Shown: in pieces, positions 21,105 through 44,119 of the stretch | How the letters are laid out: each line of letters begins with the position of its first letter | Position numbering within the stretch: the stretch's first letter is position 1 | NCBI GenBank assembly: GCA_002104945.1 | Contig: MCFH01000006.1 | Span: 496,001-560,000, forward strand | Direction of reading: 5' to 3' | From: Piromyces finnis finn | Lineage: Eukaryota; Fungi; Neocallimastigomycota | Length of the DNA stretch: 64,000 nucleotides | Translations under genes and position numbers: made by a program | Notes under the pieces: generated by a model | The model's database searches: none | Told to the model about the DNA's origin: nothing | What the model saw: only the letters and a program-made list of their open reading frames with translations

Positions 21105-24007
21105 ATAGTTGTATATATTTTCTTTTATTTAATAATAAATAGGTATGAATATATTTACAGAGACACCATAAGTTAAGATAGTAAAGAAAGCTTTACCAAT
21201 CATAGTAATTAAAAGAAGAATGACAATTCTTTTTGAACGTCTTTAATTGAATAATTAAAAATTTAGTATACATATCATACATACTATTTATCTTATTATA
21301 AATATATTTTGATGTTTTATTTATTTTTTTTTTTTTATACTTACTGACAAAGCCCATAATGATCTCCTTCTTCACATTCTTTAAATAAAACTTCTAATAA
21401 TTCTGATTCATCCATTCTTTTTTTTTTTTTTTTTTAACAAAAATTAATTAGTTTTAATTTATCTCAGAAACTTTAAATAATAATCATATTTACCTCATAT
21501 AAATAACAAAGTAACTAATAACAGAAGTAATAAATGCCATAAAGGTAGCTTCTGCAATTCTTACATATTTTAAGAATGTTGATCTTCTATAAGCTTGTGC
21601 TCTAATATTTAATCTAATAAATAATGAACCAAATATACCCTATATTATAATAATATATACATTTAAATTAAATATTAATATGATTTATTTTCATACTAGT
21701 TATTATTATAACCAAAAATTAGATACTCACTCCAAAAACACCAATAATTAAAAAGGATATTACTTCAAAAAAGTGCCAATCTCTATCATAGGTTGCTTGG
21801 AATAATACAGTTTTTCCTCTAAATGGATTCATAAACTTATTAAAAAATATATATTTTAATATCATCCTACTAAGGAAAATTATTTTATTTTTAATATATT
21901 CAAAATATATGAAATGGATTACTAACTTGTAAAACAAAAACAGCAACAAATGAACAAAAGAAACTTCGCCACATAGTTTTAACCGGGAAATATGAACTCA
22001 TTTCCTAATTTAATTTAGATTTAAAATATTTTTATAATAATTAATAAATGAAACGTTTAAATAATGATTATTAAAGATGGCTTTATAATTTACTTCAAGT
22101 GAAAATAAAACACCACCAATAGGTGCACCGAATGCAACAGAAATACCAGCAGCGCAAGCAGCTTTATTTAAAAAAAATTATTATTGAATATTGAATCATA
22201 AATATATGATATTTTTTTTTTTAAAAAAAAATAATTTTAATATAAATATTTTTGAATTCATAATAATAGTATTGCTGTTATTGTCACCGGCTGGTGTTAT
22301 TTCTATATAAAACTATTATATTTAATGTTATTTAAAAAATACCTGAATAGATTTCTCTTTTTCTTGCTTCATTTTTCTTATATCTTGAGAAATATTTTGT
22401 AAGAATATTACCAATACAACAAGCAATATGTACCATAGAACCTTCTTTACCGAGAATTAAACCCGAACCAAGTGCTAATGGCTTAAATATATATATAATA
22501 CATTAAAAATATAAATATTTATTTTTTCATTTTTCATACAATATTAAAACTTACCAATGAAATACATTTTACAATAAGAGTTTTTGCTCCAAGAAATTGT
22601 TTGATAATGAAACCACCAAGAATAGTTTTAATTTCAGCTACACCAGACATAGCTGAATACGGTGCTACATGTACAACTAAATACGATGAGGCTGCAGCAA
22701 ATAAAGCCTTTTATTCCAATATATATTAAATAGCAATACATTTTAAAATTATAAACATAATATATATAAAAATATATAAAAACGATAATTAATATTAAAC
22801 ATTACAGCAAAGAAAACATAAACTATCCAATTAAAAAATCCATGATCAGGATTATTAAAGAATACTTGGCTCCAATTCACCCATCTTGAACAGGAATGAT
22901 TAACTATGATATATATATAATAGTTAATATGTAATATTTTATTAAATTTTAACATAAAATAATAATTAATCAATCGCTTGGAAATCTTTTAATATAATTA
23001 ATAATTAAAAAAATGGCACTAAATATATAGATATATCCATATTATTAGAATACCTTTATCTTCCACTTTAAGACAACAAAATCTTCTATTTAAATACCAA
23101 TTCGATGGACAATAGCCTGTTTTAATATCACTTAACCATGCTGCTGAAATAGCAACAAATGCTGCAACAATACCAGCTAATATACCTATTTTAATATAAT
23201 TATATATACATATACATATTTATTTATAATTTATATTTTTCAATAATGTTATATAAAATAAATGGTGTTATTAGCTTTTTTTTTTTTAAGGTTTTTTATA
23301 ATTTTGAATTTTTACCAATAAATAATACAATAATCCAAGACTGTGAAGCATCTATAATGGATTTTATATATTGATTTAAACTGTTTCTATTTATTTGTTT
23401 TTTTTTCCCCGTTTTTTCACTCATGATATCTCTCAACCAATCTAGTGTTTAATTTTTTGTTAATTCATTGTGAAATTTAATGAATTGATAATATATAATA
23501 TATATAATAATTATTAAAATAAATTAATTTATATTCAAAATCTTAATTGAATAAAGATAGAGATAGAATATATACATATGTATTTATATATGTTTAATAT
23601 TAACCTATAGTTGAAAAATCATCATATTTAGCATGTTCTAATTCGAAATCATTATCTCCATTTACTTCGAAATTTTCCATTTCATTATTACTTTATATAA
23701 AAAGTTATTTTTAAATAATGATAGTTTATCAATTACTTCTGCTTATTTCCAATTGTATATTATTTAAACTTTCAAATTTTTAAAATTCAATTTAAATGAA
23801 ATTTTAAAATGAAATTTCTATAACAAATAATTACGTTTTATTATAAAGAGGAATTTCTTCGTCGTCATCAATATCAAAGTCATCGTCTTCTTGATTTTTT
23901 CCTTTATTTATACTTTCTCTATTATGTAAATTATTTCTATTGCTATTAGTTAATGGCAATAGCATAATATCGTCATTCCATGGTTGCTTTATATTGAAAT
24001 AATCCAT
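19288..24007 (-). CDS. ClC family Cl-/H+ antiporter (Gef1/ClC-3-like) with C-terminal CBS domains; multi-exon
   Basis: Exons encode [76 protein letters not shown] and GVTRMT, then the CBS motif [12 protein letters not shown] at 24007, TAA ending at 19288. Confidence 0.93.
20992..21105. repeat. (AAAT)n microsatellite in a ClC intron
   Basis: Visible tetranucleotide run with two ATAT interruptions. Confidence 0.9.
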
Positions 24008-25034
24008 TTTTGAAAATATATTTTATTGACTTTATGAAATAAAATTATAGTTTTTGTATGATGATATATAATAAAATTAATTGGAAAAAAAATATTTTAT
24101 ATATATTTAATTCGAAAATAATGATTGTATCAAAAAAGAATAATACTGTATTGCTTATAATAACTCAAAAAAAAAAAAAAAAAAGTGAATGTCTATTTAC
24201 AAAAATAATTGTAAAAAAAATTTTTATTCTGTTAATATTATAAAATAACTAAGTTTTTCTTTGTTTTTTATTTTAATATTTTAATATAATTTCATAATTA
24301 TATATATATATATATATATATTTTGACATAATTATTTATGGTATTTATGGTAGAATGTGATAAGTATAATTTTTTATTTCTATTTTTATTTTTAATTTTT
24401 ACAATTTCTTTTTCATTGAATAAAGCATTGTAATATAAATCTTTATTTTTTTTTATAAAAAAAAAAAATTAATATTTATTAAATCAAAATCTTAAATATA
24501 ATTAATTTTTTTTTAATTTTTTATTTTATTTCTCTATTAAAATTAAAAATTCAAAAAAAGATTTTTCCCTCTCTACTTCAACTATAAACTTAAAATATAG
24601 TCTATAAAATAAAATCAAAAATATTAAATGTTCAAAAAAACTTTTATTAATACTTATTTTATTTATTTTTTATTAATTATTATATTTATTTGTTATTTTA
24701 TTTTATTTTTTATTTTATTTTTTAATGATTATTATGGTATTTTGTTGGGATTATTTAATTAATTATACTGTTCATTTATTTTATATTTGTATATTTCTTT
24801 CTTTTTTTCATTCTTTTTTTTTTTTTTTTTTAATATATATATGCTATTTGACAATTATGTTTTTTATTATCTAAATATTTTAATTTTCTTCTTTTCTTTC
24901 TTTCTTTCTTTCTTTCTTTTTTTTTTCTTATTTATTTATATTTATTTATTATTATTATTACTTTTTACTATAACTATTATATATTATAACAATTTTGTTA
25001 AAGATTATATTTTTTTATAGAATTTTTTTTTTCT

Positions 25035-29597
<4,563 letters not shown>

Positions 29598-31003
29598 TTT
29601 TGTGTAAAATTGAAATAACAATATTATAAATTGATAGCTAAAATCAACACTATTTCTATTTTTTAAGATAGCTTATAATTAAATTTATATTATATAGTAA
29701 ATAACTATATTTTGTTTGGATAATTTGTTAAAGGTAATGAATGAATTTATTCAATGAAATATTTAAAAAAAAAATAGAAATTCCACTCTTATTGTTTATT
29801 AAATATTGATATTTTCCAATACTTGTATAACTAATATTATACTAATATTATTTCAAAAGAAAATTAAATAAAAAAAAGAAAGAAAGAAATTTATTATACA
29901 TAAATTACTTTTATTTTTTTTTCTTTAATAATAACAATTCTCTACCACTTTTTTAAAAATAATAAAATAATAATATTGATTTTTTTTTAGTTTATTATTT
30001 ACAGCTTAATTAAAAATTTTATTACAAATATTTAATATTCATTTTTTTTTTAAAATATTTTATATATAAATTTTATTTTGATTTAGAAAATTAATATTAA
30101 ATTTATTTTTGTACATGAGTTTTCAAAAGGTGGTACATTTATAGTAAATTTAGTATTTTTAATAATAAAAATATAAAAGAACGATTCTTCAACAACAACA
30201 TTAGATTATTATACTATATTATAATAATGAAAGAGTTTTTATTTATTTACTTCAATTAAATGTCAGTAATACATATTGTGTTGATGTACAAAACAAACAG
30301 ATATTCAAAATAAAAAAAAAGAAAATTAAACACCATAATAAAATAATTTTATCTTTTTACTAAAATACTATATAGTTTTTTATTTGTTTTTCTATTATTA
30401 TTTCAACCAACAATAACAAGATGGGTTAATAATAAATATACTATAAATGATATTATTATATAATTTGAAATATTGTTTCTTTTTTTATAATATTAAAATA
30501 AAGAAAGCTTAACAACATCTAAAAGGTTACAGGTTACAAATGTTTAATTAAAAATTTATTAATTTTTTTTAAATTTTAAGACTCTAAAATTGAAAAGAAA
30601 ATAATAATTAAATATTAACTTTTAACAAAAAAAAAAAAAAACTATTTTACTTTAAAAGTTATCATTTCACTTTTTAAAATAATTAATACACAGGTCTTTT
30701 CCTTTTAGGGATGCCTTGTTATATCTCTATATTAATCTTTTCTTTTAAAAAAGAAATACAATAATGAAAAAAAGAAATTTTAAATATATTTCAATTAATC
30801 ATCCAATCACATTTTATTTTTTATTTTCTAATTAAGAAAAGGATAATACCAATTTAATTGATTTATATATATATTTTAGTATATATTAATTAATTCCAAT
30901 AATATATGATGATGCTTTTTAGGTATAAATAAAGCTGTTCAAAAAATTAATTTTTGTTCTATACAAATAAAAATTGTATTAATTATTTAATTAATAAAAC
31001 AAA

Positions 31004-32557
31004 ATGTCTGCTCTTGAACAACTTAAGAAGTACACTACCGTTGTTGCCGATACTGGTGACTTTGAAGGTATATTCTTATTATCTAAATAACATCAAGAAG
31101 TGGAAATTTAAAAAAAAAAAAAAAAAAGAATAATACATTGAATACAATAATAAAAAAAATGTATTGTACTTTAAAGAATTATGAGATTTTCAATAAATTT
31201 ATTTTCTACAATTTATTAAAAACAAAAGCAAAAAGAAATAATATAATTAAATAGTGTTATTAAATAAAAATAAATAAAAAAAAAATAACAGGAAGAAAAC
31301 TTTAATTACTAAAGTTTAAAAAATAATTAATAGTTATATGCACATTTTAAATATATTAAATGATTTAATAATGATTATTAATTCTTTACGCTATAACCTA
31401 TAATAATATAATAACAGCTATTGCTCAATTCAAGCCACAAGATGCTACTACTAACCCATCTCTTATGCTTCAAGCTTCCCAAAAGGCTCAATACTCTTAC
31501 CTTATTGACAATGCCATTGAATACGCTAAGAACAAGTCTGAGTAAGTAATTAAAATCATATAAACCCAATTTATTTTTTTGTTAATAATTATAATTGATT
31601 AAAAAACTAAAATATTATTATATATAAAATAATAATAAAAATATAATAAAAATGATAACAATAAACAAATTTAACGATAATAATTAATGATTAATGATTA
31701 TGATTAATAATTACCAATAATACCAATAATGCTAATAATTAAATAGCAACCTCGAAGAACAAATTGCTTGGGCTGCCGATAAGCTTATTGTCAACTTTGG
31801 TGTTGAAATTTTAAAGATTATTCCAGGTCGTGTTTCTACTGAAGTTAACGCCAAGTTATCTTTCAACAAGGCTGCCACTATTGAAAAGGCCAAGAGATTA
31901 ATTGCTCTTTACGAAGAAGCCGGTATCAGTAAGGAACGTGTTTTAATTAAGATTGCTTCTACCTGGGAAGGTATTCAAGCTGCTCAAGAATTAGAAAGCA
32001 AGTACGGTATCCACTGTAACTTAACTCTTCTTTTCGGTTTCCCACAAGCTGTTGCCTGTGCTGAAGCTAAGGTTACTTTAATTTCACCATTCGTTGGTCG
32101 TATTCTTGACTGGTACAAGAAGACCACTGGTAAGACCTACGAATCAGTTGAAGACCCAGGTGTCCTCTCTGTTCAAAGAATCTACAACTACTACAAGAAG
32201 TACGATTACAACACCATTGTTATGGGTGCTTCCTTCCGTAACGCTGGTGAAATTGAACAACTTGTTGGTGTTGACTTCTTAACCATCTCTCCAGCTCTTC
32301 TTACCACTTTACAACAATCCACCAACACCTTAGAACCAAAATTAACTGTTGAAAAGGCTAAGGCTATGGATATTCCACGTGTTAGCTACATCAATGATGA
32401 AGTTGCTTTCCGTTGGGACATGAACCAAGACAGTATGGCCACTGAAAAGTTAAGTGAAGGTATTAAGAAGTTCGGTGAAGACCAAGTCAAGTTAGAAAAG
32501 ATGTTAGCTGACAGATTAACTTCCTTAGAAAAGAAGATGGAAAACTGCTCCCTCTAA
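31004..32557 (+). CDS. TAL1: Transaldolase; exons 31004-31067, 31418-about 31542, 31747-32557
   Basis: [74 protein letters not shown] and [10 protein letters not shown]. Strong codon bias. Confidence 0.97.
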
Positions 32558-33054
32558 ATTTAATTATTTTAAATAATTCAATGCTATGAAATTATAAAAA
32601 AAAATATTTTATATTCAAAAGTTAAAAAAAAAAAATACCAATGGTATAAAAGAATAATCATAAAGAATGAACAAAAAAAAAATATAAAGTACAACTACTA
32701 TAGAATAAAAGTGAAAAAGGAAAGTGTCCTTTTTAAAACGCTTTATTTTATAAATATTATTAAAAAAAAAGAAAAAAAAAAATCAAAGTTCTCATAAAAT
32801 AATATAATATTATTCAAGTATATTAAAAAAAAAAAAGCAACAACATTATGCAAATACAATAATAATAATAAAAAAGCATTTTTTCATGAAACTAAATTTA
32901 TAGTGTTTAATATTTTTTTTAAATAATTTTTCTTATAATTTTTAAAATAATATTATTTTATTATTTTATTTTTGTTATATGTGTATGTATTTTGGTATAT
33001 ATTATTTTTATAATTTATATTCATATATAATAATAATTTTTTCTTTTTGCATTG

Positions 33055-33095
<41 letters not shown>

Positions 33096-33149
33096 TATTT
33101 TGCTTCAATTCTACCAATTTTTTTTAATTCTCTAAAAAAAAAAAAAAAT

Positions 33150-33605
33150 CTATAATTCATTAATTGGACGTTGACCATTAGCAGCAGCTTCCTTTTCAAG
33201 TTCAATAGCTTCAATGGCACTGCTCTTGAAAACTTCTAAAATGTTTAATCTAGTTTTAAAATCATCATAGAATTGTTCTTCAATTTTAAGCTTTCCAAGA
33301 ATATTTTTAACACGATCATATTCTCTGAAAATAAAGTCTCTATCTTCTTCAGCCTTCTTAACCATTTTGTAGTAGAATTGAGAAGCGCTATATTTTAATG
33401 GTGTATATATATAATTATTATGTTATTTAATAAGTAAATTATTTATATTTATATATATTTATATATATAACTTTTTTTTATTTACCGATCCTTTTTATCC
33501 ATAGAGAATCTACGAACAAAGTTGGATAAATCAGATCTTTCAACAGGATGATCACTTAAAATGAATTTTCTAACTAATTTATCCATTTCAGTGTCTCTAC
33601 CAGCC

Positions 33606-33699
<94 letters not shown>

Positions 33700-35463
33700 G
33701 GAGATTTATTAAAATATTAAGATGACTATCCATTATTTAATGACACTTACTTTATTATCTAAACCACCACCTGGAACACGGTGAGTACCACACTTTTCAT
33801 TTAAGAATCTAACAAAAGCCTAAGTATATATATATATTAAATTTAATATAAATACAAAAAGTTATATTTCAATAAAATAAATTATAGTATTTTTAATTAA
33901 CTTGAACTTACAATTTCTTCACGACCTTCAGCGAATGATACTGGGTTTTCATTACGCTTGTTAGCTTCGAAGAAGTAAACAGTCTTTTTTTTTTTTTTTT
34001 TTTATACAATTAAATTGGTTATTACTAAATAAACTTTACAATTTTTATTAATATTTTTATTATATATGATTTAAATATACTTACTGGATAACCACCAATA
34101 CGATATCTTAATATTTAAATGAACATAAAAATAAAATTTTATAATTATTAAATATATATTAATATATATTTTTAAAATATAATAGAACCATATAATCAAT
34201 TAATATCATTTTTTTTCACAGATTTAATTACCTAGTGTTTAAACTATCGTTAGCAGTAGCATCAACTCTAGCAATAATGATATTCTTTTCTTTATGGAAA
34301 TCTTTAGCAACCTTTTCATAAGTTGGCTTTAACTTTTTACAGTGACCACACCATGGAGCATAGAATTCAACCTATTTGAATAATTTTAATTTGTTTTGTT
34401 TTTATATTAAAAAAAAAAAAGCATTTCATTAAATTAAAAAATTATAAGATTATTTATAAACATTGCTTAAAAATAAATATTGTAAATCTTATAATAAATT
34501 ATTACCATAACATGTTTACTTGGATCACCAACAATTTCATCAAAGTTGCTTTCATCAAGATCAACGACAAAACTTTGAATTGGTTTAATATTACCGATAA
34601 GTCCTGTATTTTCATCAACGAATTTAACAAGATCTTCTAAAGTCTTTTCCTTAGTGTATTCAATACCAGTCTTTGATCCTGGCATGTATAATTTGATAGT
34701 CTAATATATTGTATGATATTATATGCATTAGTTATCTAAAATAGTATAAATAGTATATAAATAATTATATTATTCATTCTAATATATATATTAACATACT
34801 GGGAAACCCTTAATTCCTTGACTTTTAACTACAGATTTGTATTTATCAGCATCAATTCTAGAAATATAAACTTTTTCTTTAACATGGTCATATGAATCAG
34901 CAAGAGCTTCATATGTTGGTTTTAAATCCTATTATATTTATGTTAATATATATTTTTGTTTTAATGTAATTATAAATATCATGCATAATAAAGTATGCAT
35001 TTTATTATTTAATTTTGTTTTGATTTTATAATATTAAAATAAGTATTTGCTAAAACTTACTTTACAGTGACTGCACCATGGTGCATAAAATTCAACTAAT
35101 AATGGAACATCACCACCAATTAACTATTATTCAATTTCATTGATTATAAAAGCAATCATATTATATAATTAATTATCATTATTATTAGTTCCTTTTTTTT
35201 TTTTTTTCTTGATAGTATATATTTAAATATCATTTAAATATTATATATTAAATTTATATATTATAGTAATATTTAAAAGGATTTTATATCATTTTGAAAT
35301 GTATCCTTTTTTAACTTTTTTTAATAATATTAGATTTTTTTTTTTTTTTTTTTTCTTTAATATTTACTTCGTTAAATTTGTCTTCGTCAAAATCAACAAT
35401 ACTAGCAGAAACAAGACATAAAAAGAATGTTAACAAACCGATAATCGCACTTTTATTAAACAT
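33150..35463 (-). CDS. Protein disulfide isomerase of the ERp38/TigA type (signal peptide, two thioredoxin domains, ERp29c-like C-terminal domain); multi-exon
   Basis: Signal peptide [20 protein letters not shown]; active sites [12 protein letters not shown] and [12 protein letters not shown]; GFP/GYP motifs; helical C-terminus with RLNILEVF, ending INEL. Confidence 0.92.
33617..33698. repeat. (ATT)n microsatellite in a PDI intron
   Basis: Visible trinucleotide run. Confidence 0.9.
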
Positions 35464-35639
35464 TTTTATATATATATTTAGATAGTATATCTATTAAAAC
35501 TTTAATATTAGTTTTTAAAACATAAAATATTTATATTAGTATTCATATCTTTATTGTATTAAAGTATTTAATGAATAATTTGAATACAAGTATAATTACT
35601 TTTTATAATATTTTATATATATATATTTTCCCCTTTTTT

Positions 35640-35679
<40 letters not shown>

Positions 35680-37377
35680 TGTAATACTACAATTAATAAA
35701 ATAATAATAATAATAAAAAAAAAAAGTGAAAAGTTACCTTTTTATAAAGTATTAAAAAATAGATCGAGGATTTATAAATAAATTAAAATTCATATATTAA
35801 AAAAAAATTATTATAAATTATTATATATTATACTTTTTTATTATTATTAGTAATTGAAGTTGCTCATCCTTTCTACCATAAATATAATAATTAAGATTTA
35901 TCATCCTCCATCCATAGATTAAAAAAAAATAATAATAATTTATGTTTTTTATTATTAATATGATTTTTAATTTAAATATATTAAATATTCATTTGAATAA
36001 CAATAAAAATATAATGACTTATTGTATTATATAAAATGCTTTAATATAGGTAAATCATTTTTTCAAAAAGGTAAAAAAGGAATAATAAGGCATACTAATA
36101 AAACAATATCATTATAATACTATTAATTAATAATTATACTATTTTTTTTAAAGTATTATATTCAGTGTAATTCATATTCAATGTAAAAAAAAAAAAAAAG
36201 TATATGGATTAAAATTACATTGTAAAGAATGAGATATAATTTTATATTGAAGAAAATACATTAATTAATGGAATTTAATTAAATAATATATTACTAATAT
36301 ATATTCATTGACTATTGAAATTGACAAAAATAATTTTATCATTATGATTAATTATCCAATAACCAGGTGACAAAACTGTTTTTTATTAGTGTTTTACCTC
36401 TTTTTACTATTAATACATTTAAAAAAATAAATGAATAATTAAATAAATTTAATTTTAAAAAAAAAACATTAATGTACAATTTTATTAATATTAATATACA
36501 TTGTAATACATGATATAGGATATCAAAATGTATAAGGAAAGAAAGAATGCGGATAAAGAACTTTAAAAGTATATTGATTTTTAATATTTATTTATCTAGA
36601 ATTGTACATTATAGAAAAATAGATTATAATTATTGTTCCAATGATAAAAATACTTTTATAATAACATAATTATACAATATAATACTTTATGCTTAATCAC
36701 CATTATAAATTATAGATACAATTCTAAGTAATATTAGAAAAAAGTATTTCATTTTTATTAGGATAAAGTTTTTAAAAGTTTTTTTTATTTTTATTTATTT
36801 AGGTTCATTTCCATATTAAATAGATTTATTTTAGTTGTTTTTGGCAAACTTTTTTTTTTCTTGTAGCTTCTATCGATGTTTTATGATTTAGCTTAATAAC
36901 ATTTTTGTTTGGTTACATTTTTATGTTTATGGATAAAACATTTATACCCTAACCTTTTATGAAATTTCTATTCTTTTCTATCTATTCTATTTAACTTTAA
37001 TTAAATTTAATATATGATATAAATTAAATTATCAACAACAAAATTTACTTTATATAAAAAATATTCATTTGGTTTTTTTTTTTTTTTTTTTTTCATTTTT
37101 TATTAAATAATAAATAATAGTATTCTGTAGAATAAACTCTAAAGGTAATTACTTTATGGCATTCTCCATGTTATTAATATTAAACTCTATTAAATTTAGT
37201 GGTTATTATTAAATAAAATATAAAAGGGTTTTAAAACTATATATTTTAATAGCAATAAACCAACTCATAAGCGTTGATTTTATTATACTTCTAAAATTGA
37301 AAGAATAAAAGAAAAAAATATTATATTTTATTCTTTCTTTTATTTTTAAAATAGAAATCAAAAATATACTAGAATTC

Positions 37378-37487
<110 letters not shown>

Positions 37488-37899
37488 TTAAACTCTATAA
37501 TAATTTTATTATTTATACTTTGAATATCAAAAGTTTAAATATAAATAATATATAACTAATTTTACTCTTTTTTTTTTTATCTATTTAATATAATTATTTT
37601 AAATTATTCATCAAATACAAAATTAAAATAAACAATAAAACAACGCTAACACTAAATAATCAAATTTAACCATATTTTCAATAATACTTTTGTTTTATTA
37701 AAATATAATAATTTCTCAATTGAAAATTTACATAAAACATAATTAATATAAATTTATTAAATAATAAAATAAATAAATAATAACAACAATAACAACAATA
37801 ATATTAATAATAAAAAACAATATTATTTATTAAAAATACATATAAAAACAATATAATTTATTTAATAATATTTATACAAAATAAAATAGAATTTTGAAA

Positions 37900-39196
37900 A
37901 TGTCTGAAGAATTAACTATTAACATTAAATTCTCAAATGAAAAAAAGTTATCAGTTACTTTAAATACTACTGATACCGTATTAGTTTTAAAGCAAAAAAT
38001 TACTGAACAATTAAAATCAACTGATACTCCTTTAGAACCAGACCAACAAATTTTAATTTATGCCGGTAGAATTTTAAAGAATGAAACCGAAACAATTGAA
38101 AGTATAAAAATCAAGAATGGTAATACCATTCATATGGTTAAGGCTAAGCCAAAGCAAAAGCCAGCTGAAACTACTGAAAGCGCTTCTGCAGCTACCGAAA
38201 GAGCTGCTGAAACTACTGCTACCAACACTCCAGCTCCAAATTCTACTACAACTACACCAGTTTCAGCTCAACCAGCTGCTCCACAACCATCTCCAATGTC
38301 TGCTGCTGCTGCTAATCCATTTGCACAATTAGGTCAAGCTGGTGGTAACCCATTTGCTCAACTTGGCTTTAACAGTGGTTTTGCCGCTGGTATGAACAAC
38401 CAAAATGCTGGTCAAAGTCCATTTGGTGGTAACTTACCTCCACTTGATCCAAATATGTTCAATGAAATGCTTAACAATCCAGCTGTATTAAATATGTTAT
38501 CTTCAATGTTCCAAAATCCACAAATGATGGATATGTTATTTAGCTCTTCTCCACAATTAGCTTCTTTCAACACTCCAGAATTCCGTAGTACTATGAACCA
38601 AATGATGAGTAATCCAGGTAAATATTTATCAGATAAAATCATTAGACATTATTGACTATTAGAATAAATTAATAAATAGATTTTTTTTGTTAAATAAAAT
38701 ATTTTATATTCAAAAAGAAACCTAAATTAATTATTACTTATTTTAATGATATTATTTTAACCATATATAAAAAATAGAAACTTTAAGAAGCATTCTTCAA
38801 TTAAGTAATATGTACGGTAACATGTTCGGTTCCAATGGTGCCGGTGCTGCTAACCCATTTGCTCAATTCCAAGCTCCAGCTACTACTCCAGCTTCTAACA
38901 CTGCTTCAACTCCAACTACTGGTACTACCCCAGCTGCTAATACTGCTCCACAAATGCCAGATATGTCTTCCTTACTTGGTATGTTAGGAGGTATGCCAGG
39001 TATGGGTGCCCCAGGTGCTACTGCTACTGCTAATGATACTGCTAACCAACAACCACCAGAAGTTAGATACAGTACTCAATTAGCTCAATTACAAGATATG
39101 GGTTTCTACGATTCTGCCCAAAACATTCGTGCTCTTACCATATCAGGTGGTCGTGTTGAAGCTGCTGTTGAATGGTTATTAAGTAACCCATTCTAA
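37900..39196 (+). CDS. DSK2: Ubiquilin/Dsk2 (UBL-STI1-UBA); exons 37900-38617 and 38778-39196
   Basis: UBL ..[18 protein letters not shown]; STI1-like [17 protein letters not shown]; [35 protein letters not shown]. Confidence 0.93.
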
Positions 39197-40149
39197 GTGT
39201 CTCTTTGAAAGGATCAATACCATTTTATAAAAAATTTAAAGAATGATAAAAAGATTTGTTGTCAGAATGTTTTTTTAATTATCTTTATTAATTTTATAAA
39301 ATTCCAAAATCAAATCAATTTTCTTTCTAAAGAAAAAAAGACAAAAAAAAAAAAAAAAAGATACAAATAACGTATGTTATCCATAATAGAAGAGAAGTAA
39401 AAATAAAATAAGATCAAAACAAAACAAAAACAAAACAAAAAAATACATAAACAAAAATATATAATAGGAATATGGATAAAAGAAATAATTATTTCCACCC
39501 ATTACAATAATAATTTATAGTAATTATATTATTTTTCTATATTTTCTATAAACATCTATTTATTATATATATATATTTTGTTTTGATATAATTCTATTTT
39601 TATTAAAATACAATTTATTTATATCAAATGTATTATTTTAATTCAATATTTATAACTAATAGATTTTATAATTAATAATAATCATCATCGTTATCATCAT
39701 CATACCATGGTTCATTATTAATATATATATATATTTTAATACATAAAACGAATAAGAATAAATAAATAAATAAATAATAATAAAAAAAAAGCAAATATCA
39801 ACATTCGTTAAAAACAAAAAGTAAAAAACAAAAATATAAATAATTAAAAAAAATAAAAATAAAAATAAAAAAAATTAAAACTTTTTTAATGTTAAAAATT
39901 TTTTTTTATTTTATTTTGTAAATTTTGTAATACTTTATAATTATAAAGTTTGAAAAAAGAAAAAAGGTATTTTTTTTTTAAAAAAAAAAAAAACTATCTA
40001 TTTATATTCATATAATAAATACAATCTATGAGAATAGGAATTTATTAAAAAAAAAAAAAAAAAAGAAGTGATAATAAATAAAATAGGGATAAAATAAATC
40101 ATATAATAATAACATGTATATATATATTTAAAAAAGTATAATGGTGTGG

Positions 40150-44119
<3,970 letters not shown>

